DNA of 64,000 bases from a virus. The DNA lies in the IMG/VR virus record IMGVR_UViG_3300046694_000148, positions 3,648 to 67,647 of that record; one strand, 5' to 3'. Under the pieces are notes generated by a model. It was not told the DNA's origin. It searched no databases and was given only the letters and a program-made list of their open reading frames with translations. The position numbers were made by a program, and so were the translations under genes. Every line of letters begins with the position of its first letter. The stretch's first letter is position 1. Positions 58,616-64,000 of the stretch are shown here, piece after piece.

Positions 58616-58625
58616 AAGGAGCAGT

Positions 58626-58988
58626 ATGGCGGTGTACGTGGACGATATGCGAGCGAAGTACGGCAGGATGGTCATGTGCCACATGCTCGCCGATAGCGAT
58701 GAAGAACTACACGCGATGGCCGACAAGATCGGCGTCGCGCGGCGCTGGTGGCAATCGCCGCAGAAGACCAGCGGCAGTCACTACGACATCGCGTTGAGCA
58801 AGCGCGCTGTTGCGGTAGCTGCCGGTGCCGTCGAAATCACCTGGCGACAGGCTGGCTCGATGAACACGCGGCGACGTGTGACCGGAAGCCTCGGCGATCC
58901 CGCCGACGCCGAAGCCTGGCTTTCCGACTACCTGGCAAAGCGCCGCGCCGAGAAGGCCGCGCGAGAAGCAGAGGACGACGAACTTTGA
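58626..58988 (+). CDS. DUF4031 protein
   Basis: MAVYVDD...CHMLAD..EELHAMA..IG..RRW.Q...HYD. Confidence 0.85.
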   Translation: MAVYVDDMRAKYGRMVMCHMLADSDEELHAMADKIGVARRWWQSPQKTSGSHYDIALSKRAVAVAAGAVEITWRQAGSMNTRRRVTGSLGDPADAEAWLSDYLAKRRAEKAAREAEDDEL

Positions 58989-59051
58989 ATTCGTTCTGAC
59001 GTTTCCTGCAAGCATGTAAGATGCCGACCTATTCAATGGATAGGTCGGTAA

Positions 59052-59288
59052 ATGGATAAACAGTATAAATTGTTAGCGGACTTCGAGGCCCTGGTCGGCC
59101 TCAAGCCTGCGCAGGCGTGCCAGTTGCTCGGCATCGCCTATTCCACCTACGCGGCGTATCGCAACTGCGGTCGCCCGCTCCAGCCGTATCACCACAATCA
59201 CATCGCCGACATTTCGCTCATTGCGAAGCTGTCCTCGCGCGCACTCAAAAAACTTATCGACGAGCGAATCAATGGTCAAACGAACTGA
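59052..59288 (+). CDS. Small HTH protein
   Basis: GL..AQACQLLGIAYSTY..YR. Confidence 0.7.
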   Translation: MDKQYKLLADFEALVGLKPAQACQLLGIAYSTYAAYRNCGRPLQPYHHNHIADISLIAKLSSRALKKLIDERINGQTN

Positions 59289-59865
59289 ACTAACCGATGA
59301 CACTACGCGCGCCATCCTGTACGACGGCGCGAACCTGTCGCAGCTTGGTCAACTGTTCAGGATGGACCACCGCAGCATCGTTGCGAAGATCCACACCTGC
59401 AAGCCGATTGGCACGCGCAACGGTGCGGACATCTACGCGGTACACGAGGTTGCACCATTCCTCGTGAAGCCCGCGTACGACATCGAGACGTACATCAAGA
59501 AGATGCACCACAACGACCTGCCGAAGATGCTCACCAAAGAGTTTTGGGCAGGCCAGCGGTCGCGCCAGGAATTCGAGCAGCGCGAGGGCAACCTGTGGCC
59601 GACAGATCGCGTCGTCAGCGTCATCGGCGAGATCATGAAGCTGGTGAAGATGAGCATTCGCTTGAACGCCGACGCGGTGGACCGCCAGGCCGAACTGAGC
59701 GACCGCCAGCGCGGCATCGTGAAGGCCCTCGGCGACGGCCTGCTGGAGACGCTGTATGCAACGGTGATCGAGAAGTTCGCCGAGAAGCCGACGAACCTGG
59801 CCGTGCAGGAACGCGCCGAGCAGGTGGTCACTGAATTGAAGGACGAGGAAGACGATGAACTTTAA
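59272..59865 (+). CDS. terS: Terminase small subunit (DUF1441-like)
   Basis: N-terminal HTH, DLP..L.KEFW.GQ; overlaps TerL. Confidence 0.8.
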   Translation: MVKRTELTDDTTRAILYDGANLSQLGQLFRMDHRSIVAKIHTCKPIGTRNGADIYAVHEVAPFLVKPAYDIETYIKKMHHNDLPKMLTKEFWAGQRSRQEFEQREGNLWPTDRVVSVIGEIMKLVKMSIRLNADAVDRQAELSDRQRGIVKALGDGLLETLYATVIEKFAEKPTNLAVQERAEQVVTELKDEEDDEL

Positions 59866-61912
59866 TAGCATCGAGCAGTTGGTTATCGCGTGCGCTGAAA
59901 TGCTGCGCCCGCCCGAGCGCACCACCGTGGCCGAAGCCGCCGCGAAGTACCGTGTCGTGAATTCGCCTGGCGCATACGTCGGCCCCTGGTACAACTCGAC
60001 GACGCCGTACATGGTCGAGCCGCAAAACGTCTTCGCGTCCACGACTTACAACGGCATGATCTTCGTCGGCCCGGCGCAGTCGGCGAAGACGGACGCCCTG
60101 GTGGTGAACTGCACGCTGTACTCGATCAAGATCGACCCGATGGACATGATGATCGTGTGCCCGACCAACACGGCGGCGCGCGACTTCTCGATGCGTCGTA
60201 TCGACCGCCTGAACCGCTATTCGCCAGCGGTCGGAAAAATGCTGCTGCCGGGCGCGGACAACGACAACAAGTTCGACAAGCTCTATAACACCGGAATGAT
60301 GCTCAGCCTGTCCTGGCCGACGCCGACCGAACTGGCAGGTAAGCCAATCGGCCGCGTGGTGCTGACCGACCGTGATCGCATGGTGGACGACGTGGACGGT
60401 GAGGGCGAGCCGTACGACCTGGCCGCGAAGCGAACCACCACCTTCGGCTCGAACGCCATGTGCGTCGCTGAATCGTCGCCGTCGCGCGAGGTCAAGGACA
60501 TCAAGTGGATTCCGCGCACCCCGCACGAAGCGCCGCCGTGCGACGGCATCATCGGCTTGTACAACCGTGGCGACCGCCGCCGCTGGTACTGGCCCTGCCC
60601 CTGCTGCGATCACTACTTCGAGGGCCGCTTTGAAATGCTGAAGTACGACCGCCGCGAAGGAATGTCGAACCTCGAAGTGGCCGAGACGGTCTACATGGAA
60701 TGCCCGAAGTGCGCTGGCCGGATATCGCCGGACGACCGCTACGAAATGAACCTGTGGGGCATGTGGGTCAAAGACGGCGAGGCCATCGACCCTGACGGCA
60801 AACGCTTCGGCAAGCCGATCCGCTCGCTGATCGCATCGTTCTGGCTGCGCGGCGTGGCCGCTGCGTTCACCACCTGGAAAAAACTGCTGGTGACGTACCT
60901 CGACGCGATGGACGACTACGAGCGCACACGCACCGAAGAGACGCTGAAGAAGTTCTACAACAACGACCTGGGCGAGCCTTACTACAGCCGGGCGCGCATG
61001 GAGATCCGCCTACCTGAAACCATCAAGGCCCGCGCCGAGGCGTCGCTGGGCGAGCGCGTGGTGCCGGACGGCGTGCGCTTCCTGATCGCCACCGTGGACG
61101 TGCAGAAGAACATGTGGGTTGTGCAGGTGTTCGGGATCATGCCAGGCTACCCGTTCGATATGGTCATCATCGACCGATACGAGGTGAAGAAGTCGAAGCG
61201 CACGGACGAAGACGGCGACGCCATTTGGGTCAAGCCGCACGCCTACCTCGAAGACTGGGACGAACTGATCGAGCACGTCATCGAGAAGGAATACCCGCTG
61301 GCTGACGAATCCGGCCGCCTCATGTCGATCAAGATGGTCGGCTGCGACTCGGGCGGTAAGAAGGGCGCGACAACGCAGGCATACAACTTCTATCGCAAGC
61401 TGGTTGGCATGAACAAGCATCGTCGCTTCATCCTGTTGAAAGGTGACGCGAAGCCTGGACAGCCGCGCACGCGCATCAGCTATCCAGACAGCAGCCGCAA
61501 GGACTCGAAGGCTGGCGCACGCGGCGACATTCCGGTGCTCATGCTGAACCCGACGATCCTGAAGGACGATCTCGACGGCCGCCTGGACTGCGTGCAACCT
61601 GGCAAGGGCATGTACCGCACGCCCGGCTGGTTCGACGACAACTTCTACGCCGAACTGTGCGCCGAGGTCCGCACCGACAAAGGATGGGAGCACAACACGA
61701 ATGTGCGCAACGAGGCATGGGACTTGTCGTACTACTGCATCGGCGTTGCCGTGTCGCAGTTCGTGCGCATCGAGAGCATCGACTGGAACAACCCGCCATC
61801 GTGGGCCGACGAGTGGGACAAGAACGATCTCGTGCGAGAGCCTGAAGCCGAAAAGCCATTTTCCGGTGCTGTAAAATTTGACTTTTCAAAGATGGCGGGC
61901 GCGCTCGCTTAA
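59855..61912 (+). CDS. terL: Terminase large subunit, lambda GpA family
   Basis: TPYM.EP, GPAQSAKT, LA.KRTTTF, SSP, RGDRRRWYWPCP.C, F.NNDLGEP, VDVQ, DSGG, RNEAWD. Confidence 0.95.
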   Translation: MNFNSIEQLVIACAEMLRPPERTTVAEAAAKYRVVNSPGAYVGPWYNSTTPYMVEPQNVFASTTYNGMIFVGPAQSAKTDALVVNCTLYSIKIDPMDMMIVCPTNTAARDFSMRRIDRLNRYSPAVGKMLLPGADNDNKFDKLYNTGMMLSLSWPTPTELAGKPIGRVVLTDRDRMVDDVDGEGEPYDLAAKRTTTFGSNAMCVAESSPSREVKDIKWIPRTPHEAPPCDGIIGLYNRGDRRRWYWPCPCCDHYFEGRFEMLKYDRREGMSNLEVAETVYMECPKCAGRISPDDRYEMNLWGMWVKDGEAIDPDGKRFGKPIRSLIASFWLRGVAAAFTTWKKLLVTYLDAMDDYERTRTEETLKKFYNNDLGEPYYSRARMEIRLPETIKARAEASLGERVVPDGVRFLIATVDVQKNMWVVQVFGIMPGYPFDMVIIDRYEVKKSKRTDEDGDAIWVKPHAYLEDWDELIEHVIEKEYPLADESGRLMSIKMVGCDSGGKKGATTQAYNFYRKLVGMNKHRRFILLKGDAKPGQPRTRISYPDSSRKDSKAGARGDIPVLMLNPTILKDDLDGRLDCVQPGKGMYRTPGWFDDNFYAELCAEVRTDKGWEHNTNVRNEAWDLSYYCIGVAVSQFVRIESIDWNNPPSWADEWDKNDLVREPEAEKPFSGAVKFDFSKMAGALA

Positions 61913-61932
61913 CACCAAAACAGGGAACCAAA

Positions 61933-62184
61933 ATGATCGGACAAATTCTCACCGCCGACGAACGCCTTGTGCTGCAAGGGCAACTCGACGAAGCCGTGGC
62001 GGCATACCACCAACTCACCATCGGCGGCCAGGCCCGCGTGGTCGTTGACCAGAACGGCGAGCGCGTCGAATTCACCGCTGCGAAGCGTTCGGATCTCGCA
62101 TCGTATATCACCAGCCTGCGCATGAAACTGGCCCCGCTTGGCGGCATGTGCAACCCGCTGGCCCCGGCTCAATTCATCTTCTAA
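61933..62184 (+). CDS. Head-tail joining protein, gpW family
   Basis: AYH.L..G...VV.DQNGERVEFT.A...L..YI..L. Confidence 0.88.
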   Translation: MIGQILTADERLVLQGQLDEAVAAYHQLTIGGQARVVVDQNGERVEFTAAKRSDLASYITSLRMKLAPLGGMCNPLAPAQFIF

Positions 62185-62187
62185 GTC

Positions 62188-63903
62188 ATGAGCAAGAACA
62201 GCACAAAGGCACTGTCGGCCGCCGCAAGCGCCGCCGCTCCAATGCAGACCATCGAAGTCGGCCGCCCGCGCGAAAACGCGATGGTCGGCGGCCTCGAAGG
62301 TGCGAGCAAAAACAGCCGCGAACTGATGTCGTGGGTCCCGCCTATCGTGTCGCCTGACACGCAGATGAGCGGTGCGAAGGAACTGATGGATGCGCGTGGC
62401 CGCGACGCCACGCAGAACGACGGCCTGGTGTCCGGCGCAGTCCACACGCACAAGGACAGCATCGTCGGCTCGCAGTACCGCCTGATCCTGACGCCGGACT
62501 TCGTGACGCTCGGTGCCGACGAAGAGTGGGCCGCCGAATGGGTCCAGTACATCGAGTCGCGCTTCAACCTACTGGCCGATTCGACCGAATGCTGGTTCGA
62601 CGCGAGCGGCACGATGACGCTGACCGACATGATCCGTCTCGGCATCGGCGGCTTCGTAATGACCGGCGAAGTCCTGGCTACCGCTGAATGGCTCCAGTTT
62701 GATAAGGCTCGCCCGTTCTTCACCGCGATCCAGATGGTGTCGCCGACGCGCCTGTCGAACCCTGACGGCTCGATGGACACGAAGGTGATCCGCAATGGCG
62801 TCGAGCGCAACCCGTACGGCAAGCCGGTGGCCTATCACATTCGCTCGACGCACCCCGGCGACTTCTACATGGACGACACGATCCCGACATGGAAGCGTGT
62901 TCCGGCGACGACGAACTGGGGCCGCCGCCAGGTGATCCACATCATCGAGCGCCAGATGCCGGACCAGTCGCGCGGTATCAGCGACATGGTGTCGGTGCTG
63001 AAGCAGATGCGCATGACGAAGAAGTTTCAGGACGTGGTGCTGCAAAGCGCCGTGGTCAATGCGACCTACGCCGCCGCCATCGAATCCGAACTGCCGAGCG
63101 AAATGGTCTTCGCGTCGATGGGTGCCGGTAACGCGGGCATGGCCGACATGCTGGGCCAGTACATGACCGCACTGACCTCGTACGTGAACGGCGCGCAGAA
63201 CATCGCCATCGACGGCGTGAAGATGCCGCACCTGTTCCCCGGCACGAAGCTGAGCATGAAGCCCGCTGGCACGCCTGGCGGCGTCGGCACGAACTTCGAG
63301 GAATCGCTGCTGCGCCACATCGCCGCGCCTCTCGGCATGTCGTACGAGCAGTTCAGCAAGGACTACACGAAGACGAACTACTCGTCGGCGCGCGCTTCGA
63401 TGGCCGAGACGTGGAAGTACATGCAGTCGCGGAAGAAGACCGTGGCCGACCGCCAGGCGACGATGATGTTCCTGCTGTGGCTCGAAGAAGAGATCAACAC
63501 GCGCACCAACGTGATCCCGCTGCCGAAGGGTGTCTCGCGCGATCAGTTCCGCTCGATGTTCTACGACCCGGTGATGCGTGAAGCGATGAGCGCATGTCAG
63601 TGGATCGGCGCATCGCGTGGTCAGATCGACGAGGTGAAGGAAACTCAAGCGGCTATCATGCGTATCAAGTCCGGTCTGTCCACGTACCAGATCGAGTGCG
63701 CACGACTCGGCGAAGACTTCCGCAAGATCTTCATGCAGCAGGCGCGCGAGCAGAAGATGATGACGACGCTGGGCCTCACCTTCAACGCTGACGCGACGAA
63801 GGAAGGCGCGAATGATCGCCAGCAGACCATGACCGACGACGAAGATCAGGCCGACGAATCTCAGCCGAAACCGAAAAACGACAGCAAGAAAGGAAAGAAA
63901 TAA
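62188..63903 (+). CDS. Portal protein, lambda family
   Basis: R.RD...ND, GE.L, RL.NP, Q.RG.S, DY..TNYSSARAS, ID.VKE. Confidence 0.95.
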   Translation: MSKNSTKALSAAASAAAPMQTIEVGRPRENAMVGGLEGASKNSRELMSWVPPIVSPDTQMSGAKELMDARGRDATQNDGLVSGAVHTHKDSIVGSQYRLILTPDFVTLGADEEWAAEWVQYIESRFNLLADSTECWFDASGTMTLTDMIRLGIGGFVMTGEVLATAEWLQFDKARPFFTAIQMVSPTRLSNPDGSMDTKVIRNGVERNPYGKPVAYHIRSTHPGDFYMDDTIPTWKRVPATTNWGRRQVIHIIERQMPDQSRGISDMVSVLKQMRMTKKFQDVVLQSAVVNATYAAAIESELPSEMVFASMGAGNAGMADMLGQYMTALTSYVNGAQNIAIDGVKMPHLFPGTKLSMKPAGTPGGVGTNFEESLLRHIAAPLGMSYEQFSKDYTKTNYSSARASMAETWKYMQSRKKTVADRQATMMFLLWLEEEINTRTNVIPLPKGVSRDQFRSMFYDPVMREAMSACQWIGASRGQIDEVKETQAAIMRIKSGLSTYQIECARLGEDFRKIFMQQAREQKMMTTLGLTFNADATKEGANDRQQTMTDDEDQADESQPKPKNDSKKGKK

Positions 63904-64000
63904 TGAGCGACATTGTGGCTCGGCAGGCGTTGTCCCGCATGCACATGCGTGAGCAACTGATCGCCAAAGAACACCAGGCGGGCTTCGCTACCGACATGGC
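63903..64000 (+). CDS. Probable head maturation protease (S49), truncated by window end
   Basis: TAATG overlap with portal; function inferred from position only. Confidence 0.5.
   Translation, partial: MSDIVARQALSRMHMREQLIAKEHQAGFATDM

Larger units (their letters stand above)
1..64000. mobile_element. Chi/Nazgul-like (Casjensviridae-type) siphophage genome, near complete, read across cos
   Basis: Synteny primase-HTH-DUF2800-DUF2815-Pol-VRR-NUC-SNF2-TerS-TerL(GpA)-gpW-lambda portal-protease, plus a Chi-type tail and lysis module; no host genes seen. Confidence 0.9.

Noticed and set aside
27825-59865. DDEL as a eukaryotic KDEL/HDEL ER-retention signal, or as a DNA repeat
   Set aside because: Bacterial phage with cytoplasmic proteins; codons vary synonymously, so it is not a nucleotide repeat.
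60067-60092. TerL Walker A reads AQSAKT rather than AQxGKT
   Set aside because: Single substitution in an otherwise intact gene; not evidence of inactivation or novelty without an alignment.
1-64000. Integrase, attP, tRNA or partition genes
   Set aside because: None recognisable; the portion missing from the window is expected to be head genes, but lifestyle cannot be proven from this.

Overview
The whole window is most of the genome of a GC-rich, long-tailed siphophage with the gene order of Chi/Nazgul-like phages (Casjensviridae-type). It is read through its cohesive ends, with a probable cos junction at about 48.05 kb. Order: neck/tail genes, a 1630-aa tape measure, an expanded tail-tip/fibre array (7.7-25.3 kb), lysis cassette, a leftward block of small accessory genes (27-40.7 kb, including RdgC, dUTPase, cupin and 2OG-Fe(II)-like proteins), a rightward early block (41.2-47.5 kb), the cos region, primase-helicase and HTH, then DUF2800 nuclease, SSB, B-type DNA polymerase, VRR-NUC, SNF2 helicase, TerS, TerL, gpW, portal and the start of the head protease. 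I saw no integrase, tRNA or CRISPR array. Most notable observations: (1) twelve apparently unrelated non-virion proteins end in an acidic tag, eight in exactly DDEL-stop written with varied synonymous codons; (2) six sigma70 promoters share one embedded 19-bp palindromic operator; (3) a candidate ~60-nt sRNA after the lysis genes is complementary to the ribosome-binding sites of several phage genes; (4) arginine-rich motifs resembling c-di-GMP-binding repeats occur in four proteins, including the holin-like one; (5) small domains are shared between replication and accessory proteins; (6) a 7x9-bp AT-rich array separates duplicated tail-tip genes. All functional calls come from motif recognition and synteny, not database searches.
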